A program made the translations under genes and the position numbers. A stretch of DNA of 55,326 nucleotides from a virus (lineage: Duplodnaviria; Caudoviricetes): the IMG/VR virus record IMGVR_UViG_3300010362_000019, positions 1-55,326 of that record. One strand, 5' to 3'. This document shows positions 26,103 to 35,623 of the stretch, in pieces. Position 1 is the first letter of the stretch. Every line of letters begins with the position of its first letter. The notes under the pieces are model-generated. The model was not told the origin of the DNA. It worked only from the letters and a program-made list of their open reading frames with translations, and searched no databases.

Positions 26103-28177
26103 GCGAAACCACATCCCCGCCGGTCTACGATGACATGCTGTTCGGCCCGTCGACCGATCAGCGGCAATCGCTGCTGTCGTCCTACCTCACCCAGGTCGCG
26201 CACCTGCATGGCCTGAGCGACCACCTGGGACGCGATGCCCCGAGCATTGCGGATCTCGCGCCCCCGCCCACGCAGTATGCCGGCCAGATCTGGCCAGCGG
26301 GCAATGCGGTCGGGACCGAGCACCAGACTCTGCCTCCAGCTCCGACGTTCGAATGGAGCGTCACCCCAGGCGGCCGGCTGGCGGCGTCAGCCAACGACAA
26401 CCCGCTCACCCAAGGCACACCATCGCCTGGACAGGCAATCGCACATACGGGCCAGGACGTCGGCGACTGGGTGCAGCGTCAGCGAGACGAGGCTGAGCGC
26501 CTGGGGCTCTGGGATCCGGAGACCAACCGTCCCACAGCCAAGGGCATCCTCGAGGCCGCGCAGGAATACGGCGGCGCGATGCTCGGCGGCACCGAGGCAC
26601 CGAAGGCCGGCGCCGCGGCGATGAAAGCCCCAGGCGAGACCTTCACGAGCTGGATCAATCGCCTTGCAGGTGACGAGCGTGGTGGTGGTCCAAACCCCCT
26701 CGCTAAGCGCGCCAGGAAGGCGCCCAAGGCCCCCGACAATCCGCTCGAGCAAATCTCCAAGGACAATCCTCTCGCCGCCATGGAGCGTCCTGAGCCGGCT
26801 GGCGAAGAGTTCACTGTGCCGAGCCGCATCATCTCGCCGGCCGCTGCCAAGAAGCTGGGCCTTAACGCCTACGGAGCCAAAGAGAACCGCGTCGGCCTGG
26901 ACACCTACATGCAGCCCGGCGTCAGCGATCTGCGCGAGCGGCACGCTGGTCTGATCAAGGGCTATGGCGGCATCGTCGGTGTGCATCCCGACATGACCGC
27001 GGATGAGGCCGGCAAGGCCTTCCTCAATCACCTGCACGGCAACGTCAGCGGTCTCTACAACGAGCTGGTCGACCAGTGGGGCATGCCGATCGTTCGCGAT
27101 GCATCCCGCTGGTATGACGGTGCGAACAAGATCGTTCACCGGGAAGCGGAAAACTTCGGCCTCGAGCCCCAACAGGTCGCCGGAACATTCGCTGCTCTGA
27201 GCCCGCAGAAGGACTGGAACCAGAACGTCCTGCAGGGCCGGCGGCTGATGATGGCGGATAACGCCGGCAACCAGATGGGGCCCAATGGAACGTTCACCCC
27301 GAAGATGAAGGAGTGGGTGAACAACTACATTCTGACCATCAAGAACGAGAGTGACCTGACCGGCGACGCGTTGCGGGCCAAGATCGCCGAGGAGCGCAAG
27401 GCCTTCAAGGAGATCATGAACGTCCCGTATCGGGACTTGAAAACCTACCTTGAGAAGGCGCGCTGGGCCCGCGCCTGGGAGCAGGCAAACTTCCCCGATC
27501 GCAGCTACCGGCTGGTCGGTCCCAATGGCGAGGAGCTGGGGTTCGCCCAGACGAAGGGCGGCGAGAACCGTGCCCATTCTTGGGGCTCGTTCAAGGAGAT
27601 CGCCAACGCACTGAAGGCGATGCATGGCGACCAGAACCAGATCTCCCAGGCGGTCGGCAGCCAGCACAAGGTGCGATCGTTCTACAACAACCTGATCGCG
27701 CCCTGGTCGCCGGCTGGCCATACGACGATCGACACCCACGCCATTGCCGGGGCGCTCTTCCGCCCGCTCGGCAGCAAGTCAACGGAGGTGGCGCACGGCC
27801 TGGGCACCTCGCCATCGCCGATCAAGAACCCAGAGACCGGTGAGAAGTTCCGACCGATCGGTGCCAGCGGCCATGCTGAGACCGGCATCAGCGGCATGTA
27901 TCCGTTGTTCCACGAGGCCTACGGCCGAGCTGCCAACGGCAGTGAGCTGTGGATCCCGCGGCAGATGCAGTCGATCACCTGGGAAGGCACCCGTTCGCTG
28001 TTTCCAGATGTCCTAAAGCGTAACAAGGCATTCCAGGCAGAGGCCCACAAAGTGTGGCAAGATGCGGCTGCCGGGAAACTGAGTCCCGAGGAGGCCAGGG
28101 CGAAGATCATCGTCAGGGCGGCCGAGGTGATGAAGGGTGAGCCCGGCAAGATACCGCTACCGGAGTGGGCGAGATGA
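26099..28177 (+). CDS. Large protein with HhH-glycosylase-like domain (DUF7178-like)
   Basis: RWYD...AALSPQKDWNQN...HKVRSFYNN...TIDTHA...Y...AY.RAA...PRQMQSITW. Confidence 0.6.
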   Translation: MSETTSPPVYDDMLFGPSTDQRQSLLSSYLTQVAHLHGLSDHLGRDAPSIADLAPPPTQYAGQIWPAGNAVGTEHQTLPPAPTFEWSVTPGGRLAASANDNPLTQGTPSPGQAIAHTGQDVGDWVQRQRDEAERLGLWDPETNRPTAKGILEAAQEYGGAMLGGTEAPKAGAAAMKAPGETFTSWINRLAGDERGGGPNPLAKRARKAPKAPDNPLEQISKDNPLAAMERPEPAGEEFTVPSRIISPAAAKKLGLNAYGAKENRVGLDTYMQPGVSDLRERHAGLIKGYGGIVGVHPDMTADEAGKAFLNHLHGNVSGLYNELVDQWGMPIVRDASRWYDGANKIVHREAENFGLEPQQVAGTFAALSPQKDWNQNVLQGRRLMMADNAGNQMGPNGTFTPKMKEWVNNYILTIKNESDLTGDALRAKIAEERKAFKEIMNVPYRDLKTYLEKARWARAWEQANFPDRSYRLVGPNGEELGFAQTKGGENRAHSWGSFKEIANALKAMHGDQNQISQAVGSQHKVRSFYNNLIAPWSPAGHTTIDTHAIAGALFRPLGSKSTEVAHGLGTSPSPIKNPETGEKFRPIGASGHAETGISGMYPLFHEAYGRAANGSELWIPRQMQSITWEGTRSLFPDVLKRNKAFQAEAHKVWQDAAAGKLSPEEARAKIIVRAAEVMKGEPGKIPLPEWAR

Positions 28178-28395
28178 CCGACGCCAGAGAGTTCACCAGG
28201 GCCGAGCTGCAGCCATATGCCGACACCGACACCGTGGTGGAGCATATGCTGATGAAGGGCGTGCCGCTGACGCGCGAGAACTACCTGCAGCTCGCGTATG
28301 GCGCAGACATGCCGAAGGCCGCGGATTGGAACCACGAGCACGAGGCTGGACTGCCTGAGCCATTCCGCGATCCTAGCTCTGTAATTCCCGACTGA
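28174..28395 (+). CDS. Small acidic protein, candidate immunity/partner
   Basis: ATGA overlap; PLTRENYLQLAY...W..EHEAGLPEPF. Confidence 0.65.
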   Translation: MTDAREFTRAELQPYADTDTVVEHMLMKGVPLTRENYLQLAYGADMPKAADWNHEHEAGLPEPFRDPSSVIPD

Positions 28396-28416
28396 CTGTG
28401 CTAATCGCCTGCGCAC

Positions 28417-29922
28417 ATGCAGGCGATTAACTTCGACGTCAGCGATGCCCCGACCATCAAAGACTTCATGGCGAGCGACGCGTTCATGCGCGCTCTTATG
28501 GGACCATTTGGCTCCGGCAAAAGCAGCGGGTGTCTATTCGATCTCATAGCCAGGGGGCTGAAGCAGAAGCCTGGGCCTGACGGGATCCGAAGGACGCGGT
28601 TCGCGATCATCCGCAACACCTATCCGATGTTGCGAGACACGACGATCCGCACCGTTAACCTTTGGTTTCCGTGGCCCACGTTCGGCAAATGGAAGGCGGT
28701 TGACCATGAATACATGATCAACACGCTCGTGGCCCCAGGCGACAAGATGCCAGCTCAGATTGAGTTCATGTTCCGCGCGCTCGACAGACCGGAGCATGTG
28801 AAGAATTTGCTCTCGATGGATCTCACAGGCGCCTGGGTGAACGAGGCCAGAGAGGTTCCATGGGCGATCATCGATGCGCTCCAAGGCCGCGTCGATCGCT
28901 TCCCACCTGTCATGTATGGCGGCGCGAGTTGGGCAGGCGTCGTCATGGACACCAACCCGCCCGACACCGACAGCGAGTTCTTTAAGTTTTTCGAGGAGAT
29001 GGACCACAGCGATGCCGTCGCCGAGCTGTCGAAGCACATCCCAGGCATCACGCTGGACCGCTACTGCAGGATCTTCAAGCAGCCATCAGGGTTGTCGGAC
29101 GAGGCCGAGAACCGGAAGCACCAAGCACCCGGCTACTGGCACAGGATGGCGATCGGCAAGGATCCGGAATGGGTCAAAGTTTACTGCAAGGGTGAGTATG
29201 GCTTCGTCGTCGATGGCCGGGCCGTGTTCCCCGAATACCACGACAGCACGCATTGCCCAGGCAACACCGATCCGACGCGTGCACCGATCACCGACCCCAG
29301 GCTGCCCATCCAGCGCGGTTGGGATTTCGGATTAACGCCGAGCTGCATTTTCTCCCAGCTCACTGCCAAGGGTCAGTGGATCGTGGTCGACGAGATGGTC
29401 GCCAGCAGCATGGGCATCGACCGGTTTTCCGATCAGGTGCTGGATCATTCGGCGCGCTACTTCCCCAATTCTGAGTTCGAAGACGTCGGGGATCCCGCGG
29501 GCAATAGCCGCGCTGAGACCGACGAGCGCACGTGTTTCGATATCCTCCACGGCAAGGATATCCAGATTGAACCCGGCCTGCAGACCCCAACCATCCGCCA
29601 GGAATGTGTCCGTCGCGTGCTTCGGCGCATCGAGGATGGCGGCATGCCCGCTTTCAACTTGCACCCCAGGTGCACCATGACCCGCCGCGGACTGATGGGC
29701 GGTTACCATTTCCGTAAGATCGAGCTGCCGGGCCGCTCGCGTTTCTCTGAAAAGGCCGAGAAGAATAGCTATTCCCATCCGGTCGAGGCCATGTGCTACA
29801 CCGCGACTCGATTGTTCGGTGCTGCGTTACAGGCTCGAGACAATATCACAGACGACGACATCGTCGCTGCCAATTCCAGGCTGGTCAACGACCACACACG
29901 GAACCGGATTACAGGTTACTGA
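28417..29922 (+). CDS. terL: Terminase large subunit
   Basis: GPFGSGKS Walker A, WVNEARE Walker B, DTNPP, RGWDFGLTP, GDPAG, SHPVEA nuclease motifs. Confidence 0.95.
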   Translation: MQAINFDVSDAPTIKDFMASDAFMRALMGPFGSGKSSGCLFDLIARGLKQKPGPDGIRRTRFAIIRNTYPMLRDTTIRTVNLWFPWPTFGKWKAVDHEYMINTLVAPGDKMPAQIEFMFRALDRPEHVKNLLSMDLTGAWVNEAREVPWAIIDALQGRVDRFPPVMYGGASWAGVVMDTNPPDTDSEFFKFFEEMDHSDAVAELSKHIPGITLDRYCRIFKQPSGLSDEAENRKHQAPGYWHRMAIGKDPEWVKVYCKGEYGFVVDGRAVFPEYHDSTHCPGNTDPTRAPITDPRLPIQRGWDFGLTPSCIFSQLTAKGQWIVVDEMVASSMGIDRFSDQVLDHSARYFPNSEFEDVGDPAGNSRAETDERTCFDILHGKDIQIEPGLQTPTIRQECVRRVLRRIEDGGMPAFNLHPRCTMTRRGLMGGYHFRKIELPGRSRFSEKAEKNSYSHPVEAMCYTATRLFGAALQARDNITDDDIVAANSRLVNDHTRNRITGY

Positions 29923-30179
29923 TGAGCGCCTCTGCTTCGCTGGTTATCCCCCAGCACGTTGCCAACCAGCTCACCAAGGAGAGCTGCGCCAACTGTAAAT
30001 TCATGCACCGCGACCGCGACCAGGACATCGTCTGCCGGCGCATGCCACCGACCGCGTGGCTGGTCGGCGAACCGATGCCGCCGCCGCACATCGGCAAGAT
30101 GGGCTTCCGCGTGCGTTCCGCGAGCCCGCCGGTCGAGAAGGACCGCTGGTGCGGCGAGTGGAAGCTCCGTGGTGGCTGA
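29922..30179 (+). CDS. HiPIP-like four-Cys phage protein
   Basis: CANCKF...CRRMPP...WCGEW. Confidence 0.6.
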   Translation: MSASASLVIPQHVANQLTKESCANCKFMHRDRDQDIVCRRMPPTAWLVGEPMPPPHIGKMGFRVRSASPPVEKDRWCGEWKLRGG

Positions 30180-30378
30180 AGCCACCAAAACGTCGCTGAC
30201 ACCCGAGGAAAAGGTGCGCGCGGCATGCGCGCGGCTGATGTATGGCGTCAGCGATGCGGCTATTGCCTTGATCCTCGGCGTCAGCAACCTCGGCCGGGTG
30301 AATGAGGGGATTAAGGAGGTGCTTGCGCCTCTTGGCCTCAGCGCGCCCGGCTACAAGGACAGGGATGCCACGGAGTGA
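30172..30378 (+). CDS. Small HTH-like hypothetical protein
   Basis: GVSDAAIALILGVSNLGRVNE. Confidence 0.5.
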   Translation: MAEATKTSLTPEEKVRAACARLMYGVSDAAIALILGVSNLGRVNEGIKEVLAPLGLSAPGYKDRDATE

Positions 30379-30766
30379 CAACTACCGCGGCACGCGTGCG
30401 GTCGGAGATGGCATCTCCAACACCGAGGAAGAGCTGCGGGCCAATGACATGGTCGCCCTCGAGCAACTGCCGGCGTCGTTGCGCCAGCTCCTCTGCGAGC
30501 TGAACATCAAGCTGAGCGCTGTCACCGTCCTGGCGTTCTACCGCGACATCTGCAGCAAGGCCTCGAGCGACTACGAGGCCGAGGTCTATACGCAGCGAAA
30601 GCTGAACGCGATCGAGGACGAGGATCTGTCACGGTTCGCTGCAGACTATAACCGCAAGCACCGGGTGCGACTCCCTCACACCGCTGCGGAGGCGTCAGTC
30701 CTGCGTTACGGCTCTCTTGAACGCGTTGCGCGCAGGAGAGCGAAACTGTTACGCGTGCAGGCATGA
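30365..30766 (+). CDS. Hypothetical protein
   Basis: Overlaps both neighbours; ATGA with portal. Confidence 0.55.
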   Translation: MPRSDNYRGTRAVGDGISNTEEELRANDMVALEQLPASLRQLLCELNIKLSAVTVLAFYRDICSKASSDYEAEVYTQRKLNAIEDEDLSRFAADYNRKHRVRLPHTAAEASVLRYGSLERVARRRAKLLRVQA

Positions 30767-33132
30767 GCGACGTGATGTCTGCGGCCGGTGAGGCCGAGGC
30801 GACCGAACCCCAGGCACCAGAGCCACAGCTGCCTGACCTCAATGCGCTGATGCCGCGGCGGCCGGCGATGTTCCCCGGCATGATGCGCGAGCCCCAGCTG
30901 GAGATCCCAGAAGGCGGCGACGATCGGCCGCTCCTCAAGCTAGAGATCGCCAGGGATATCGCGGAGCGGATCGCGCGCAAGAACCTGTGCGACGACATGG
31001 ACCGTGGTGATGCCCAGAGCGTCGCCGAGCGGGCCAAGCGTGAATACAAGATCGATGACGACACCCGCGCCGAATACAAAACCCGCTACCGCGAATGGCT
31101 CGATTTCGCGATGCAGGTGGCGCGCAAGAAGACCTATCCATGGCCGGATGCGAGCAACGTCATCTTCCCATTGATCACCGTCGCTGCGCTGCAATTCTCG
31201 GCGCGCGCCTACCCGGCGATCGTCATGGGCCGCAACGTGGTCAAGGGCACCGTCGAGGGCCTCGACCGCGGCGTCGCAGAGATCAATCCGCAGACCGGGC
31301 AGCCGATCACCAACCAAGCCGGGCAGGTTCAATGGATCACCCCGCCTGGGCAGAAGCAGACCAGGGCCGACAACATCGGTCGGCACATGAGCTGGCAGTT
31401 GTTGTCAGAAATGACCGAGTGGGAAGACCAGACCGACCGACTGCTGATCATCGTCGCCATCGCGGGCACGATGTTCAGAAAAACGTATTACGACCCGGCG
31501 GCCCGGCGGAATGTGTCAGAGACTGTCAACGCTCTCAGGGTGTGCGTGAACTACCACGCCCGGTCGTTCGACGACGCTCCGCGCATCAGCGAGGAGATCG
31601 ACTTCCTGCCGTGGGAGGTGGAGAGCAACATCAGAGCTGGGCTGTGGTTGGATTACGGCGAGGGCTGGCAGGGCTACGGCCGCAACACCGAGGGCCCGTA
31701 TGTCGGCCTGCAGGATGAGCAGGCGCCCATCACCTTCATCGAGCAGCACCGCAGAGAGGATTTGGATGGCGACGGCTATGCGGAGCCGATCATCATCACG
31801 TTCGCCCGTGACAGCGGCCGGGTCGCGCGCATCACCGTTGGCTTCGACGAGGACAGCATCGAGGCGACATTAGACGGTGAGATCCAGCGGATCGAGCCTA
31901 TCCGCTACTACACGCCCTACACGTTCGTGCCGAACCCCGACGACAGCCCCTATGCGATCGGCTTCGGCAATCTGCTGTATCCGATCAACGCCAGCATCAA
32001 CACGTCGATCAACCAAATGTTCGACGCCGGCCATCTGCAGAACGCTGGTGGTGGCTTCATCGGCGGCGGCGCCAGCATGAACAGCGGCTCGGTCAGGTTT
32101 ATGACCGGCGAGTATAAGGTGGTGAACACGAGCGGCCGGGCGCTGCGCGAGAACATCGTCCCGCTTGAGTTCCCAGGCGCCAGCAATGTGCTGTTTCAGC
32201 TGCTCCAGTTCCTCGTCGAGGCGGCGAAGGAAATTGCCTCGATCAACGATGTGCTGAGTGGCCAGCTCCCAGGCGCCAATGTGCCCGGTATCCTTGGCCT
32301 TGCTGTCATCCAGCAGGGCTTGAAGACATTCAACGCGTGCTTCAAGCGGGTCCACCGCAGCCTGCGCAAGGAATACGAGAAGCTGTTCCGGTTGAACCGG
32401 CTGTATCTACCCGACACCGCGGGCTATCGCATGGGCTCGCAGTATTTCCAGATCAGCCGGGCAGACTATGCACTGGGTGGTGGCGTCGAGCCGGTGAGCG
32501 ATCCGGAGATGACCACCGACATCCAACAGATGGCCCAGGCGAATTTCTTGGCTCAGTTCCTGGGCGATCCGTTCTTCGACCAGCGCGAGATCCGGCTGCG
32601 TATGCTGCAGGCTGCAGCGATCCAGCAGATCGACAAGCTGCTCGCCGCACAGCAGCCGCCCAACGCAGCGATCCTCACCCAGATGGCCGAGCTGGATCTG
32701 CAGCAGCAGGTGGTTGCGGCCGAGAAGAAGATGGTGGATCTGCGCCAGGAAGAGCTGCGCATCCGCGCCGCGAAGGAAGAGGCCGAGCTGTCGATCCGCC
32801 GCGGCAAGGATAAGGCCGAGGAGATCCAGAAGCTCTCGCAGGCAATCTTGAATTTGGCGAACGCCAAGAAGGCCGACGCCGAGGTCGATCAGCGCTGGTA
32901 TGAGCAGCACCTCGCTGTTCTCAAGCACCAGATCGACTTGCTGAACATCATGGCTCCAGAGACCGAGGAGGGACGCGACGTCGAAGACATCTCCATTGAC
33001 ACCCCCGGCCCGCATAATGGAGCAGGAGGACTTGGACTCCCGGCTGCAGGGCCTCCAGCAATTCCGCGAGTCGGATTTCCAGGCATGGCGTCACCACCCG
33101 GTCTCCAAGGTGGTGCTCCAGTTCCTGGCTGA
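30763..33132 (+). CDS. Portal protein
   Basis: 789 aa after terL; KTYPWPDASNV.FP, QFSARAY, NQMFDAGHLQN, C-terminal coiled-coil barrel as in P22-like portals. Confidence 0.9.
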   Translation: MSDVMSAAGEAEATEPQAPEPQLPDLNALMPRRPAMFPGMMREPQLEIPEGGDDRPLLKLEIARDIAERIARKNLCDDMDRGDAQSVAERAKREYKIDDDTRAEYKTRYREWLDFAMQVARKKTYPWPDASNVIFPLITVAALQFSARAYPAIVMGRNVVKGTVEGLDRGVAEINPQTGQPITNQAGQVQWITPPGQKQTRADNIGRHMSWQLLSEMTEWEDQTDRLLIIVAIAGTMFRKTYYDPAARRNVSETVNALRVCVNYHARSFDDAPRISEEIDFLPWEVESNIRAGLWLDYGEGWQGYGRNTEGPYVGLQDEQAPITFIEQHRREDLDGDGYAEPIIITFARDSGRVARITVGFDEDSIEATLDGEIQRIEPIRYYTPYTFVPNPDDSPYAIGFGNLLYPINASINTSINQMFDAGHLQNAGGGFIGGGASMNSGSVRFMTGEYKVVNTSGRALRENIVPLEFPGASNVLFQLLQFLVEAAKEIASINDVLSGQLPGANVPGILGLAVIQQGLKTFNACFKRVHRSLRKEYEKLFRLNRLYLPDTAGYRMGSQYFQISRADYALGGGVEPVSDPEMTTDIQQMAQANFLAQFLGDPFFDQREIRLRMLQAAAIQQIDKLLAAQQPPNAAILTQMAELDLQQQVVAAEKKMVDLRQEELRIRAAKEEAELSIRRGKDKAEEIQKLSQAILNLANAKKADAEVDQRWYEQHLAVLKHQIDLLNIMAPETEEGRDVEDISIDTPGPHNGAGGLGLPAAGPPAIPRVGFPGMASPPGLQGGAPVPG

Positions 33133-33322
33133 TTACCGCGACTTTACCTACCGCGACGCGTTCAAGCTGTTTGTCGACGGGGCTCTGACCGAGCCAGAGG
33201 CGCAGCGCTTTCGCGGTCAATTCGTCACCTTCAACGACATAGTGAACCTGCGATGGCCGACCCTCTGCGAATTTTACGGCCACGAGGATCCAAAGGAGAC
33301 CGAACCAGATGATGGAAGGTAG
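33017..33322 (+). CDS. Hypothetical protein (conserved post-portal position)
   Basis: FQAWRHHPVSK motif; overlaps portal tail. Confidence 0.6.
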   Translation: MEQEDLDSRLQGLQQFRESDFQAWRHHPVSKVVLQFLADYRDFTYRDAFKLFVDGALTEPEAQRFRGQFVTFNDIVNLRWPTLCEFYGHEDPKETEPDDGR

Positions 33323-33746
33323 GCTGATCACCGGAGATCAGCGCGAGTATGTCGTCGAGGCCTGGAGCGGAGCCAACGAAAGCGGCTACGACCCGCTGGA
33401 TGACAAGGTGCTGGTGCTGATGGATGAGCACCACGACCACGTCGGCAGCATCATGATCCCGACCGTCGCTGTGGAACGGCAGACAGCTGCTGCAGAGACC
33501 GGCACGATCGTAGCGCTTGGCCCGTGCGCGTTCGTCTACAATGACGAAGCGACGCGCAAATGGGTCGGCCGGCGGCCAGAGCCTGGGGACCGTGTATACG
33601 TCTCCCGCTACAGCGGGCAGCTGCTGCAAGGCATCGATGGCAAGACATATCGCTTGATGTCGCAAAGCTGCGTCGGTGCTGTCGCGCAGCCTGATGCCCT
33701 GGCGAAGATGGTCGAAGCACAGAGGCTCAGCGCTATAGCTGAATGA
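33309..33746 (+). CDS. groES: Co-chaperonin GroES-like protein
   Basis: PLDDKVLV, GSIMIP mobile loop, GTIVALGP, GDRVYVSRYSG, YRLM. Confidence 0.8.
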   Translation: MMEGRLITGDQREYVVEAWSGANESGYDPLDDKVLVLMDEHHDHVGSIMIPTVAVERQTAAAETGTIVALGPCAFVYNDEATRKWVGRRPEPGDRVYVSRYSGQLLQGIDGKTYRLMSQSCVGAVAQPDALAKMVEAQRLSAIAE

Positions 33747-33860
33747 GAACGGGGCGGCCTGGGAGAGCCGCCCCGCGGGTTAACCTGGGATTTGGGGAAA
33801 CGTCCACCGCGTCTGCGGCACCTACACAGCTATCAGCTACAGATAGGACCGCGCAAGTAA

Positions 33861-34766
33861 ATGTCAGGCACAGCAGAGCAGACGGGCGTAGAAGGCGGCA
33901 CAGGCGCACCGCCTCCGGACCCCGCACAGCAGACAAACGGCGAAGACTTCGAAGCCCGCGCGAGGGGCATGGGCTGGCGCCCGCGCAATGAGTGGACGGG
34001 CCCCGACTATAGATGGGTAGATGCCAAGACGTTCGTCGAGCGTGGCGAGCGCATCATCCCAGTGCAGCGAGAGCGCAACGCCGCTCTTGAGAAGCGCATA
34101 CAGGAGCAGCAAGGCCAGATCTCCGAGATGCGCGACATGATGGCGCAGCAGATCGAGCGCACGCGCCGCGCTGAGCAGATCGGCTACAAGCGGGCGATGC
34201 GTGAGCTGGAGGCCCAGAAGGCTGAAGCTGTGCGCAATGCGGATCCCGTGGCGGTCGCTCGGGTCGATGAGCAGATACGCGATATGGGACCGGATCCGCT
34301 GCTCGAGCAGCGTGTTCAGCAGCCCGCACCACAGCCGCAGCAGCAGCAAAACACACCGGATCCGATCGTGGTCGACTGGGTCGACGACAATCCGTGGGTG
34401 ACCCAGAACCCGGCCGCCTGGGACATGGCAGTGGTGACCTTAAATCGCGTGAGGGCTGAACGGCCGAGGACGTCCCTCGAGGAACAGCTCGCGGAGGTCA
34501 AGAAACGCGTCATGCCCCTATTTGTCCAAGATGCCGGCAGCTCAGCTCCGTCTCGCCGCGATGCGCCGGCCGCTGTCGCCCGATCGCAGAGCGCTGGCGT
34601 TTCGACTCGCGTGCAGCCGCGGACGTTCGCCGCGATGCCGCTCGAGGTGCAGAAGCAATACGAGAAGGAGAAGCGCGTCCTGCATGGCAAGGGCAAGGAG
34701 CTGACCCGCGAAGAGTTCGCCGAGTATTACTGGGACCAGTTCCCCGTCGATGATGGGGTCTCGTGA
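33861..34766 (+). CDS. Capsid scaffolding protein
   Basis: EARARGMGWRP..EW...WVDAKTFVERGE, coiled coil, DWVDDNPW, EEFAEYY; position. Confidence 0.7.
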   Translation: MSGTAEQTGVEGGTGAPPPDPAQQTNGEDFEARARGMGWRPRNEWTGPDYRWVDAKTFVERGERIIPVQRERNAALEKRIQEQQGQISEMRDMMAQQIERTRRAEQIGYKRAMRELEAQKAEAVRNADPVAVARVDEQIRDMGPDPLLEQRVQQPAPQPQQQQNTPDPIVVDWVDDNPWVTQNPAAWDMAVVTLNRVRAERPRTSLEEQLAEVKKRVMPLFVQDAGSSAPSRRDAPAAVARSQSAGVSTRVQPRTFAAMPLEVQKQYEKEKRVLHGKGKELTREEFAEYYWDQFPVDDGVS

Positions 34767-34975
34767 TGGCGCTAATCGCTGATCGAGACGCTTTCGAGAA
34801 CGCGGTGATGCAGCTCTGGCATGTCGCGTCATGGTGCAAGAACGAAACCGGCGAGCTGGTGCCAGCTCCCAGCAGAGATGTGCAGCGCTACCGCTCTGCC
34901 ATTCGGGTTGCACTGTCAGGACTGTTCAACGCACCGATCAAGACCAGTGCCGAGGTAGAGAACCACAATGAGTGA
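34763..34975 (+). CDS. Hypothetical protein
   Basis: Overlapping start/stop. Confidence 0.45.
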   Translation: MMALIADRDAFENAVMQLWHVASWCKNETGELVPAPSRDVQRYRSAIRVALSGLFNAPIKTSAEVENHNE

Positions 34976-35510
34976 CCGCGTCCCCTTGAACGAGCACGCT
35001 GCAGCAGCTGCGCAGCGTCGCCGGATCGCACCCGAGCATTTCGCTGCCGCCCAGGCGATCAGCGCCGGGACAACGACGGATCCCGAGGACCAGCTTGAGG
35101 TCGATGAGCTGGAGAAGCGCAGGCGCAACCGCAAACCGTTCGGCTCCCTCGAGCAGAAGCTGCAATTCCCAGACAGGCCCGGCTACCATCGCCACTGGTT
35201 CAATGACGACCCAGGCCGGCTCGCGCGCGCGGAGGAAGCCGGCTACTCCCAGGTCAACGACGAACACGGCAAGCCGGTGCACTGCGTTGTCGGCATCTCG
35301 CGCGGCGGCGGCCCGCTCACAGCATACTTGCGAGAAATTCCGTTGCAGTGGTATCAGGACGACATGGCGGCTCAAGAGAACGTTGTTCTTGAGCTGATGC
35401 GACAGATAAAGCGGGGCGAATTTGAACGCCCAGGCGGCGCTGATGGTGCCGCAAGATATGCTGGCAGCAGCAAGGGTGACATCTCCATCCGAGAGTCATA
35501 CCGCAGGTAA
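34968..35510 (+). CDS. Conserved head-module protein
   Basis: RPGYHRHWFND..GRL..A..AGY...YLREIPLQWY. Confidence 0.7.
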   Translation: MSDRVPLNEHAAAAAQRRRIAPEHFAAAQAISAGTTTDPEDQLEVDELEKRRRNRKPFGSLEQKLQFPDRPGYHRHWFNDDPGRLARAEEAGYSQVNDEHGKPVHCVVGISRGGGPLTAYLREIPLQWYQDDMAAQENVVLELMRQIKRGEFERPGGADGAARYAGSSKGDISIRESYRR

Positions 35511-35623
35511 TATCCGCCCAGGCCGCACTGCGCCGGGTGCTGAGTAGAGAACCCTCTCCTTAAAACCCAGCGCAGTCTGCGTGCTCCAGGCGCGCACTGC
35601 CGCATACGTGGAGTGCTCGCCGC

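Noticed and set aside
33750-33775. GC hairpin after groES-like gene as terminator
   Set aside because: No U-tract; may be a stabilising or processing hairpin but unsupported
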